Source of the DNA: a virus
Lineage: Duplodnaviria; Caudoviricetes
Virus record (IMG/VR): IMGVR_UViG_3300023174_000221
Coordinates: 1 to 53,458 of that record
DNA length: 53,458 nucleotides
Direction: 5' to 3' (one strand)
The notes beneath the pieces were generated by a model. That model saw nothing but the letters and a program-made list of their open reading frames with translations, was not told the DNA's origin and ran no database searches. The translations under genes and the position numbers were made by a program. This document shows positions 27,806-35,975 of this stretch, piece after piece. Positions within the stretch are counted from its first letter, which is position 1; each line of letters begins with the position of its first letter.

Positions 27806-28001
27806 GCTTATCATCCAAGCTTATAACATCAATTCTACTGACTACCTTATCACCAGATATAGTTACAATTGGTGCAAGCGCCATTCGATTTTCTACTAGA
27901 ATTTTTTCTATCTTATCCTTGATCTCACGAACCTTTTCTACTGCCGATGGTGATGTTGCATAGGGTTGCGGTGTCTTAGTTTTCTTACGCTTTGTTGCCA
28001 T
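27792..28001 (-). CDS. Small hypothetical protein, paralog of 15548-15712
   Basis: KIEKIL....AL.PI..ISGD.V.SR.D core; TTGCCT-N16-TATAAT promoter upstream. Confidence 0.7.
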   Translation of the reverse strand: MATKRKKTKTPQPYATSPSAVEKVREIKDKIEKILVENRMALAPIVTISGDKVVSRIDVISLDDKPTVG

Positions 28002-28037
28002 ATTGAAATATTATATTATAATTATACTAAAAGGCAA
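27995..28037. promoter_or_regulatory. Overlapping divergent sigma70-type promoters
   Basis: Plus strand: TTGCCA(27995)-N16-TATAAT(28017). Minus strand: TTGCCT(28037)-N16-TATAAT(28015). Confidence 0.5.
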
Positions 28038-28040
28038 TAC

Positions 28041-28604
28041 ATGAAAGATAAATTACCACTTTATATTTGTTCGAGCAGATATGATATATCGATAAAAAAA
28101 GATGTGATTGATCATATCATTAATCAATACAAAACCATTGATTTTGAAAATAAAGAAAGCAATTTTCCGTTAATGGATACTCCAAATTACGACTTGCTGC
28201 ATCTATATGAAGATTTTGTCTACCAGGCGCAACAGTTGTTTGGACCGTTTACGATACTACCGGAAAACTCTACACAATGCTGGGGCGTGGTCACAGACGA
28301 TACAAGCACCGATTTTAGATCTATACACAGCCATAAAAAGACTTCAACAATTAATAGCGTTTATTATGCAAACATCCCAACAACACCATCTTATGAAGAT
28401 GGTTCTATTAGTTTTTACTGGCCAGATGCTGATATAGCCAATCCACATGATGTTTTTTGCTACAAACCTAGAAACAACGATCTTATTATAATGCCTAATT
28501 ACTTAAAGCATGATAGAAACTACTGCAGTTCTAATGAATACAGAATAGCCATTAACATGGAAATAAAGTGTGATAAGGATTGGCCGGAGAGCATATTCAA
28601 ATAA
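28041..28604 (+). CDS. 2OG-Fe(II) oxygenase-like protein
   Basis: CW, HSH...TINSVYY, DLIIMPNYLKH and RIAIN. Start reassigned to ATG 28041. Confidence 0.75.
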   Translation: MKDKLPLYICSSRYDISIKKDVIDHIINQYKTIDFENKESNFPLMDTPNYDLLHLYEDFVYQAQQLFGPFTILPENSTQCWGVVTDDTSTDFRSIHSHKKTSTINSVYYANIPTTPSYEDGSISFYWPDADIANPHDVFCYKPRNNDLIIMPNYLKHDRNYCSSNEYRIAINMEIKCDKDWPESIFK

Positions 28605-28605
28605 T

Positions 28606-29028
28606 ATGCTTCCCAATCCAAAGATAACTTACGGTAGTTATGACTGGACACGAAAGGGATATAGTGATGGTGTGGGGCCTCTTGTTCGCCATGGATTTAT
28701 GGGTGCAATGTCTGGTGAGGATATTCATGGCCAGTGGTTCTGCGACATTACCCAAGCCACGCACGGGGATATCGGGCACACAGCATCCAGTGTGCGGTTC
28801 AGATATTTACCGTACTATAAAAATGGTACTATAGTGTGGACAGACAAAGATGATGCTGTAGGGAAAAATGTAATTAACGTTTCTGCATTTATTAATGGTC
28901 GAGGATGGCCCTTGGAAGGTGGGGTTTATGAAGAAGTTAGGGTTGTTGATGAACTAATTCTCGAAAAATATGGAATACAACCAAAATATAGTCATGGTGA
29001 CATTCCAAATATTCCGAAAAGAGCCTAG
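28606..29028 (+). CDS. Hypothetical protein
   Basis: ATG 1 nt after the upstream stop. Confidence 0.6.
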   Translation: MLPNPKITYGSYDWTRKGYSDGVGPLVRHGFMGAMSGEDIHGQWFCDITQATHGDIGHTASSVRFRYLPYYKNGTIVWTDKDDAVGKNVINVSAFINGRGWPLEGGVYEEVRVVDELILEKYGIQPKYSHGDIPNIPKRA

Positions 29029-29059
29029 ATTTACGCCATAGTTAGTTTAATATTACATT

Positions 29060-29692
29060 ATGGGTGAGTTTAATTTAATGTTTTCTCCTTTTTACTGGAA
29101 AGCATATGTTGAAGAAACACCTCAAATCATTGACAAGTGTCTTGGTAGAATAGAAAAAAATGTCGATCAAGCCCCTGTAGCTATACCACCAGGCTGGGAG
29201 TGCGTACTACACAGTAGCTATCAGAGCAATAACCCAGACATGATTTTAGATTCCAAATATCTGCATTCCATATACTCAAATTATGTTGTCTCTTTTTTAA
29301 CAGAATACAGATTAAAACCTGGTCAATATAATATTCATGATCCCTGGTACAATGTTTTCTCGAAAAGCCATTTTCAAGAATTTCATTCACATTTACCATG
29401 TGATTTCTCTGTTGTACACTATGCAGTATTTGATGAAGAGGTCCACAATGCAACAACATTTATAAATCCCAATATCTTATTAGCCCAAGCCACAAAAGCT
29501 TATCGTCCAAGCTTATCCAATAAACTCGACGGCAAGCTATTAGAGCATTCCTGTTTTATGGAGTACTATACACCGCAAAAAATTAAACAGGGTGATCTTA
29601 TTATTTTTCCTTCCTATTTAAATCACTTCGTTAAACCAAATTCTTCAGATAAGAAGCGAATCACAATTACCTTCAATATTGAGATGATATAG
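29060..29692 (+). CDS. 2OG-Fe(II) oxygenase
   Basis: WYNVF....FQEFHSH, FS.VHY, GDLIIFPSYLNHFV and RITITFN. Confidence 0.85.
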   Translation: MGEFNLMFSPFYWKAYVEETPQIIDKCLGRIEKNVDQAPVAIPPGWECVLHSSYQSNNPDMILDSKYLHSIYSNYVVSFLTEYRLKPGQYNIHDPWYNVFSKSHFQEFHSHLPCDFSVVHYAVFDEEVHNATTFINPNILLAQATKAYRPSLSNKLDGKLLEHSCFMEYYTPQKIKQGDLIIFPSYLNHFVKPNSSDKKRITITFNIEMI

Positions 29693-29704
29693 AATAAATA
29701 ATAG

Positions 29705-30073
29705 GTGAAGTTCGGCTGGCAACCACCTATTGATCAATGGATTCCTGAGAGTTATGCAGGAAATACTGAGCGCATGCAGCAACCATATGATTATGCCCCA
29801 CCCATTAGTGATTATGTAGGCACTACAAGCTATGCACCCGGTGAAGGTGAAGAAATGAAAATGAATATCACTGGATTCGGACATATGACCACAAAGCAAG
29901 CAAAAGAGAAAATTTTAGATATTTTAAAAGACATAACCATTGCCGCAGAGAGCGACAATATATCCAGCATCGAACAATTGGAGCACAAGCTTTTCTCTTC
30001 ACCTGAGCTTAATAATCTTGTCAAAGAATACGTTAAGAATATTAAATTGTTGAGAGCAAAAGCTTCAAATTGA
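29705..30073 (+). CDS. Hypothetical late protein
   Basis: TAAATA-N4-GTG. Confidence 0.6.
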   Translation: MKFGWQPPIDQWIPESYAGNTERMQQPYDYAPPISDYVGTTSYAPGEGEEMKMNITGFGHMTTKQAKEKILDILKDITIAAESDNISSIEQLEHKLFSSPELNNLVKEYVKNIKLLRAKASN

Positions 30074-30097
30074 TTTACCGCTTAAGTGGTATATAAT
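30070..30097 (+). promoter_or_regulatory. sigma70-type promoter TTGATT-N16-TATAAT
   Basis: ATG 7 nt downstream. Confidence 0.65.
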
Positions 30098-30104
30098 ATT
30101 CGAT

Positions 30105-30287
30105 ATGACGGGGAAAGCAAAGCAAAAAATCACCGCAGACTACGTTCTCGATGTCTATGCGGAAAGTAAAAAGAAAAAGGGCAAAGAAGCCACAATTCTT
30201 TTGAATGCAGCAAAAGAATTAAGCAAACACCTCAACGAATGGCTTGTTGTGCCTGAAGAAATTGCCAAATTAAAAAAGAAATCTTGA
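30105..30287 (+). CDS. Small basic hypothetical protein
   Basis: ORF track; has its own promoter. Confidence 0.6.
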   Translation: MTGKAKQKITADYVLDVYAESKKKKGKEATILLNAAKELSKHLNEWLVVPEEIAKLKKKS

Positions 30288-30318
30288 TATAAAGCAAAAA
30301 GCATTTATATTAAGAACA

Positions 30319-30774
30319 ATGGTAATTGACAAAATTCACTTTGATTGGAACACAGTTAAGAGTCTTGTTTCCGAAATTCATGAAAAGACTTCTTCTTACG
30401 ATACAGGCAATATCGGCATCATTGGTATAAGTCGAGGCGGCCTGGTACCTGCGGTTCTCTTATCACACTACAAAGAAAACTCACACTTTTTCACCGTTGG
30501 TGTAAAAAGCTATTCTGGTCAAAATCGGGGCAAAGAATCTATCTACCAAGTACCTTCGATAGACGTACTCACAGATCTAGACACAATTTATCTTGTTGAT
30601 GATATTTGTGATACTGGCATGACGTTTAAACAATTAATTAATAAAACTTTTAATGGCTTAAAAGTACACACCATCTCTTTAACCTACAGATCGAACAGTT
30701 TATATCAACCCGATTTCTATGGCAAAGAAATTGTTGACGACTCTTGGGTTGTTTTTCCATGGGAAAAAGAATAA
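30319..30774 (+). CDS. Type I purine phosphoribosyltransferase (Gpt/Hpt-like)
   Basis: IIGISRGGLVPA, PRPP motif LVDDICDTGMT, and WVVFPWE. Confidence 0.9.
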   Translation: MVIDKIHFDWNTVKSLVSEIHEKTSSYDTGNIGIIGISRGGLVPAVLLSHYKENSHFFTVGVKSYSGQNRGKESIYQVPSIDVLTDLDTIYLVDDICDTGMTFKQLINKTFNGLKVHTISLTYRSNSLYQPDFYGKEIVDDSWVVFPWEKE

Positions 30775-30814
30775 ATATATATGAGCAATTCGTCAAAAAC
30801 AGGCTCACTTTTTA

Positions 30815-30846
30815 ATAGCTAAACTAGCTATCTTTTCTTCTCTTTT
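30815..30846 (+). terminator. Possible terminator or attenuator hairpin in the leader of the 3D-domain gene
   Basis: ATAGCTA-AAC-TAGCTAT followed by CTTTTCTTCTCTTTT. Confidence 0.35.
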
Positions 30847-31416
30847 ATGAAAACAAACAAAAAAATACACAAGCTAATTGGTTTGATCGCAGTGCTTGCA
30901 GTATCTACTGCACCTCTATGTTGCAACGATCATACCCTTAAAAAGGAAAAAAATATCAAGGATTTAAAAGCTGATCTTACAACTACACGCCCCACAGAAG
31001 AAAAGCAGATAGCCAAAAACATTGCCATTAAGAATGATGGTATCAAGTATAACGAAACATTTATACCTAAGACTAATGATAGTGGATTCCGCGTTTTAAC
31101 TGTTAGACTCACTGTATATTGGGCTAAAGGTGGAGATACAGATGCAGATAGTAGAAGACTACGTAGCTCTACTGGATATACTCTCAAACAAGGGGATTCT
31201 ATTGCTGTAGACCCAAGAATTATACCCTACGAGAAAGAAGTAATCATACCTAATATTGGTCTTGTAAGAGCTGTTGATACTGGTACAGCAGTACGCGAGA
31301 AGACAGCTTCTAACGGTAAACTACCAGTAATTGATGTCTTTTTTACATACAAAAAAGATGCTATAGCATTTGCTAATGCATATCCGAAGATAGTCAAAGT
31401 AGCCGTTTTAAACTAA
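30847..31416 (+). CDS. 3D-domain (MltA-like) lytic transglycosylase with N-terminal signal/anchor
   Basis: Basic-hydrophobic N-terminus; LTVYW, IAVDPRIIPY, AVDTGTAV and IDVFF give the three Asp residues. Confidence 0.85.
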   Translation: MKTNKKIHKLIGLIAVLAVSTAPLCCNDHTLKKEKNIKDLKADLTTTRPTEEKQIAKNIAIKNDGIKYNETFIPKTNDSGFRVLTVRLTVYWAKGGDTDADSRRLRSSTGYTLKQGDSIAVDPRIIPYEKEVIIPNIGLVRAVDTGTAVREKTASNGKLPVIDVFFTYKKDAIAFANAYPKIVKVAVLN

Positions 31417-31423
31417 ATACTAA

Positions 31424-31927
31424 ATGAGGTTCAATAACCTTGTTGAGAGTATTCTTGAGGCTGTAACTATGCCACCACCGCCACCTGCTTATGTGCAGCA
31501 GGTAGATATTTCTGAGCGGGATAAGGATATTCTTGCCACTCTCCTTGTAAAAGAAGCTGGTGGTGAGGCAGATTATATTGCCGGTATGGCTGCAGTCATG
31601 AATGTAATTGCAAATAGAGCAAAAAATAATCCAAGAATGTTTGTTAAAGAAGCCATTCGAAAATATCAATTCAGCGCTTTCAATGGCATTAAAACACCTC
31701 AACAAATGAGTCAGCTAATAGCTGCAACCAAGCAGCACAAGGCTTACAATGCAGCAAAATCCATAGTTCAAAGTGCTGCTCAAGGCAAGCTTACTGATAT
31801 CACAGGCAAAGCGACCCATTATTACGCAGCATCTGGACCAGGCAAAATAGCTCCGCCAAAATGGGCTGCACCAACCAAAACTACAAATAAAATTGGGCAT
31901 CACCAGTATTATACTGGTATTAAATAG
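31424..31927 (+). CDS. SleB/Hydrolase_2 cell wall hydrolase
   Basis: LA..L..EAGGE...GM.AV.NVI.NR, YQFS.FN, DIT.KATHYY, P.WA and IG.H.YY. Confidence 0.9.
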   Translation: MRFNNLVESILEAVTMPPPPPAYVQQVDISERDKDILATLLVKEAGGEADYIAGMAAVMNVIANRAKNNPRMFVKEAIRKYQFSAFNGIKTPQQMSQLIAATKQHKAYNAAKSIVQSAAQGKLTDITGKATHYYAASGPGKIAPPKWAAPTKTTNKIGHHQYYTGIK

Positions 31928-32141
31928 TTTTTTTCTTTTTTTTCTTTTTAGATAGCTTGAGCAAAACCATCTCTTGTTGACCAGGTGCTATACCTGGCAA
32001 TCCCGCACCTTTGAATCCAGCTGGTAATGAACCCTGAGGAGTCATATCCTTACCTATAAAAGTATTAGGTCCTTTTGCCCTAGGAAAAACGTTAAAATCT
32101 TCTAAAAGTCTCGATACTAAACTGTCGAAATTAGAATTCAT
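31920..32141 (-). CDS. Small hypothetical protein, possible internal head protein
   Basis: N-terminal FDSLVSRLLE; poly-Lys C-terminus. Confidence 0.5.
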   Translation of the reverse strand: MNSNFDSLVSRLLEDFNVFPRAKGPNTFIGKDMTPQGSLPAGFKGAGLPGIAPGQQEMVLLKLSKKKKKKKTI

Positions 32142-32592
32142 AACGCTTTTTAACTAATTCTTTATCGTGCTCCTCAGAATAATATGCAAATGCTTTGCTA
32201 TTTTTATATGATTCCATCTGCAGGTTGGCCCTCTCACGCATGGGTCTCAAGATGTCAAGCATCTGATTAAATTCTGACGTTTTCTCGATATTAGATTTTT
32301 CAAGCATATCGATAATAATATTGAGTTGCTTATGATAGGGATAGTGCCCCAGAATATCTGCAGAAGCATAGAAACGAATATCCTTCTCACTAATATAAGG
32401 TTTCTCATCCGTACTAACAACCTGACCTGTTGCATAGTCTCCAAAATAATATTCGTTTGCACCCATTTCAACAGCTTTAGTGCAGAACTTATCCTTATCA
32501 ATAGTAGCTAAATCAAGATTAGGGTCGATCTTACCAATTAGTGTGCCGTTCTTCCTGTTAAAGAGGAGTATGTATTTGATCTTAGTACTCAT
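32131..32592 (-). CDS. Hypothetical late protein
   Basis: TAAATA-N4-ATG. Confidence 0.65.
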   Translation of the reverse strand: MSTKIKYILLFNRKNGTLIGKIDPNLDLATIDKDKFCTKAVEMGANEYYFGDYATGQVVSTDEKPYISEKDIRFYASADILGHYPYHKQLNIIIDMLEKSNIEKTSEFNQMLDILRPMRERANLQMESYKNSKAFAYYSEEHDKELVKKRYEF

Positions 32593-32604
32593 ATGTTATT
32601 TATC

Positions 32605-33105
32605 CTATCGCATTCCCCATGCCATGACTAGACTATACTTAGGTTTTTCATCGTGTCCAATTTCTGTTACTTCGTGCATAATATCTATAGGCATTACAGC
32701 CAACGCTCCTGGTTTTTCTTCGATAAGCCATTCTGTACCATCCTCTTCAAAAACCTTTAAATGTGGTTTGTCACAAGTCAGAAAAATTAAATGAAACTTC
32801 CAGTAAGAACCTGCTGAATCTCTATGCTTGGGCAGATAGGCACCTGGTAGATATTTGTTTATTGTAAAACTACTCGGTGGAAGCGTCATGTCTTTCTTGG
32901 GTATAGTTTTAAAAATAGCTTCTTTGAGCTGCTCACTCATCTTAAAATCAAATAAACTATGCATGTTACTCTCACCGTGTATGTTCTTAAATTCATACTC
33001 TTCACCTGATTTACGTGACACAAAACTACTATCCTCTTTGTAGATAAGATCTAAGATCTCGTCTACATTTGTAATATAATTTTCTCTTAATGTCACTGGG
33101 CACAT
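32605..33105 (-). CDS. 2OG-Fe(II) oxygenase (prolyl-hydroxylase-like)
   Basis: INKYLPGAYLPKHRD, HEV and KYSLV. Confidence 0.8.
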   Translation of the reverse strand: MCPVTLRENYITNVDEILDLIYKEDSSFVSRKSGEEYEFKNIHGESNMHSLFDFKMSEQLKEAIFKTIPKKDMTLPPSSFTINKYLPGAYLPKHRDSAGSYWKFHLIFLTCDKPHLKVFEEDGTEWLIEEKPGALAVMPIDIMHEVTEIGHDEKPKYSLVMAWGMR

Positions 33106-33114
33106 ATGTGTTGT

Positions 33115-34209
33115 TTATCCAGATACATATTCCCACGAGGTGCGAGCTGTATTTACACGGTAGCGTAGGTTATTATTTCTTGTTGGGTCAGCCAACCCCT
33201 CAGGTGTCACTAGTACAGTAACAGTTCGGCTGATCTGACGATAACTTGTATATACTGCAGGTTGGTAGTTTTGTACTGTGGACGCTATGTGCGCTTCAAG
33301 ACCTGCGGGAAAATTTCCCGGGGGCGCAAGTTCATTGAGTAGTGCAGCAACTGTACCGGAACCAGATCCAGTTGTATTTAATCCGCGCACATCAAGTGAG
33401 AAGTAAAGATCTTGGTATTTTAGAATTGACGCAATCGGAATATCTTCTGGTGTACCAGCTGTGGTCAACCTACCCTTTACAGTGGCACCAGCCATGGATG
33501 CCAACTTTGCATTTGTAATACCAGCATCCTTAACTTGTAATACACCGCCAACTTTTTGGATGGTAATGTCATCAACAGGCACAACTTGATCAAGGGTTAT
33601 ATCTTGAGGTGTACCAGCAATTGAGAGTACCCCTTTAACAGTATTTGGCGGCATGACTGCAAGCTTAGCGTTAGTAACCCCTGCCGGTGTAATTTGCAGT
33701 GAGCCTAGGGCAGTAAAACTTAATTCTGCTTGTGGAGCAATCACTTGCACAGTCTGACTACTATTGATTCTCTCTAGACCTCTTCCTATTGCTGTGGATG
33801 TTAGGTATGTGCAATCTAGCGATTCACGCCTGACTGAAAGTGATATGCCTGTTTTTTCAATTGTAACATTATCACCCTGTATATTAATTCCAATGGGGCG
33901 ATAATTCTGTACCAAAGAATAATCTGCAGCTGTAAGAGCATACAAGATGTTAGAAGTATTATCAAAAACTATATCATTTACTGCAGGTGCATTGGTTGCT
34001 GGTACATTAGACGCAATTGCACCAAACGCTATAAACCCTAAGAACTTCGTCCCAATCGGAATACCACCATAAGTTGTGCCATCACCAATATAGAGTCTTT
34101 TGGAATCTACTGCAAAACCTGGCTCACTCTGCAACAATAGAACCCCAGATCTCTCTGTTTCGGTACCTCTTCTAATTATGATTCGCGTAATAGGTTCTGG
34201 TGTGGGCAT
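33115..34209 (-). CDS. Tail fibre protein with Mtd-N/hyaluronidase-N-like N-terminus
   Basis: IIIRRGT..ER.......EPGF..D.KRLYIGDG.T.GG; internal duplication LQ....G.TNAKLA.M...TVKG.L..AGTP.DI. Confidence 0.7.
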   Translation of the reverse strand: MPTPEPITRIIIRRGTETERSGVLLLQSEPGFAVDSKRLYIGDGTTYGGIPIGTKFLGFIAFGAIASNVPATNAPAVNDIVFDNTSNILYALTAADYSLVQNYRPIGINIQGDNVTIEKTGISLSVRRESLDCTYLTSTAIGRGLERINSSQTVQVIAPQAELSFTALGSLQITPAGVTNAKLAVMPPNTVKGVLSIAGTPQDITLDQVVPVDDITIQKVGGVLQVKDAGITNAKLASMAGATVKGRLTTAGTPEDIPIASILKYQDLYFSLDVRGLNTTGSGSGTVAALLNELAPPGNFPAGLEAHIASTVQNYQPAVYTSYRQISRTVTVLVTPEGLADPTRNNNLRYRVNTARTSWEYVSG

Positions 34210-34230
34210 ATTGTTATATATTTATTGAAT

Positions 34231-34258
34231 TTGATTTATTTAGATGTGTATTTATAAT
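34231..34258 (+). promoter_or_regulatory. sigma70-type promoter TTGATT-N16-TATAAT
   Basis: ATG 11 nt downstream. Confidence 0.6.
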
Positions 34259-34269
34259 AGCAATAATAT

Positions 34270-34800
34270 ATGAAAGGTTTTAACGTATCTTGTATTGTTA
34301 CAGGTGAAGAGAAGTACATAGGCGGGGCTAGTCTGCAGAATAGGTTGAAGAAATTTGGCACACAAGAGATATTTGAAAAATACTATGTTTCACGGCCTGC
34401 AGCTAAATTGCTCAAGACGGGGTTATCTGTTGATGAAGTTCGGCAGAAATTAGGCAGTAAGCTCACAAAAAGTGTTGATTATGAAGTTCTCTTCAAGCTA
34501 AAATTACTTAAAAAGAAGAAATCTCGCGGTAAGATTCTCTCCAAGGAAGAGCGTATTAAAGCAGAAGCAGAGAGTCAGGCCAATCAACATCGCTATGAAT
34601 CACATGTTGAATTGATCAAATCAGATAAAAAAGCATATGTTGAATGGGCCACAGGCGGTCCAAACAAGTGCCAAGTGCCTTACGGTGGAACATGCATTCG
34701 ACCTGACATATACTATAACAACGAATATAATAAAGCAGGCAGATGCAGCACTTGCCCCTATAGCGAGCATTGTCTTTGCACAAGCAAAGAGGTAGTATGA
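34270..34800 (+). CDS. Hypothetical protein with C-terminal Cys cluster; paralog of the next gene
   Basis: CIVTG N-terminal domain; C-x6-C...CxxC-x5-CxC tail. Confidence 0.7.
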   Translation: MKGFNVSCIVTGEEKYIGGASLQNRLKKFGTQEIFEKYYVSRPAAKLLKTGLSVDEVRQKLGSKLTKSVDYEVLFKLKLLKKKKSRGKILSKEERIKAEAESQANQHRYESHVELIKSDKKAYVEWATGGPNKCQVPYGGTCIRPDIYYNNEYNKAGRCSTCPYSEHCLCTSKEVV

Positions 34801-35138
34801 AGACACGCAAGTTAAAATGCATTATTACAGGACGGGTATTAACAGCAACTGCTGATTACTACAGCAAAAAACTGGAAAAAGCTGGCTCCGAAGAAGAGTT
34901 ACACAGAACATATATTTGCAAAGAGGCCAAAGATCTGCTTGTTAAAGGGTTTAATATTGAACAAATACAGAAAGAATTGGGTACTGAAGGTACTTTGGCT
35001 ACTGTACCAACGGATGTCATTGACAAAATTACACTGAATGAGTATGGATTGAAGAGAAATACAATGTTTACTGAATTAACATCTTTCACACATCAAGAAA
35101 CGGATCCAGAGGTGCGCGCTTTCATAAATAACCTGTGA
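34797..35138 (+). CDS. Hypothetical protein, tandem paralog of 34270-34800
   Basis: ATGA overlap; CIITG...K.G.EE....Y....A..LL..G.....I...LG. Confidence 0.7.
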   Translation: MKTRKLKCIITGRVLTATADYYSKKLEKAGSEEELHRTYICKEAKDLLVKGFNIEQIQKELGTEGTLATVPTDVIDKITLNEYGLKRNTMFTELTSFTHQETDPEVRAFINNL

Positions 35139-35365
35139 TACCAGTACAGAAGAATTACACAGTAACTAGCACTAATAATTCCCTCCGATGCATTGACGCT
35201 AATACCGGGACTCAATACAATGAGTATCGCTTCACCGGTATGCTTGTTTCTGGTCCTATTGTCACAGGGGATCGTGCAACAATCGTGGTTCGTCGCGGCA
35301 ACACCAATTTCGGTATAGTACTCAAGCTGCCCTCCTTCGTTCTCACATCAACTTTCCGTGGTTAA
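35135..35365 (+). CDS. Small beta-rich hypothetical protein
   Basis: GTGA overlap with the upstream stop. Confidence 0.55.
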   Translation: MIPVQKNYTVTSTNNSLRCIDANTGTQYNEYRFTGMLVSGPIVTGDRATIVVRRGNTNFGIVLKLPSFVLTSTFRG

Positions 35366-35404
35366 ACTACTTGCATTACATGATTTACATCTTATCATGT
35401 GTGC

Positions 35405-35896
35405 ATGGAAACGTTAATTGATCACCAGCTTGTTGAACAAGCACCTACAAAGAGCTACAATCTTCTTGGGGAAGATTTTGAAAGTGGTTATTTTGCAGGT
35501 TATATTATTAAAAATCATTATGACGAGCAACGTTTTTCCATAAACAAAAAATATAACCCTGAGAGAATTTGTTTTAAAACTAACAACAGCACATACAACT
35601 TGTATGGGGTCTTAAAACAATCAGAAATTACCGATTTGTTTATCAACCACTTAACGGTGACACCCCCGGAAAATATTGGCGAGTACTGTTCTGCTCTTAC
35701 CCTTAACGGCATGTCTTGCTATACTTGCTTTCTGCATTTCAGCCCCGGTGTGTATCCTATTGATTCAAACTATATGAAAAGAATTTTTCCAAGCTTAGAA
35801 ATAGAAGATTTTAATACGAAAAAAAATATTCCAACCTTTCAACGGATTGGTCATATTTATCTTTTTGCTCTTGTAAATCATGTCTATTCTTCTTAA
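35405..35896 (+). CDS. Hypothetical protein
   Basis: ATG 6 nt after TTGCAT-N16-TATCAT (35371-35398). Confidence 0.65.
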   Translation: METLIDHQLVEQAPTKSYNLLGEDFESGYFAGYIIKNHYDEQRFSINKKYNPERICFKTNNSTYNLYGVLKQSEITDLFINHLTVTPPENIGEYCSALTLNGMSCYTCFLHFSPGVYPIDSNYMKRIFPSLEIEDFNTKKNIPTFQRIGHIYLFALVNHVYSS

Positions 35897-35975
35897 AAAG
35901 AAATATATTTCTTAAAAAGAATAAACTAGGATTTATTATTCATAAATATAAAATAATTTTCACAAATTAAGCTTA

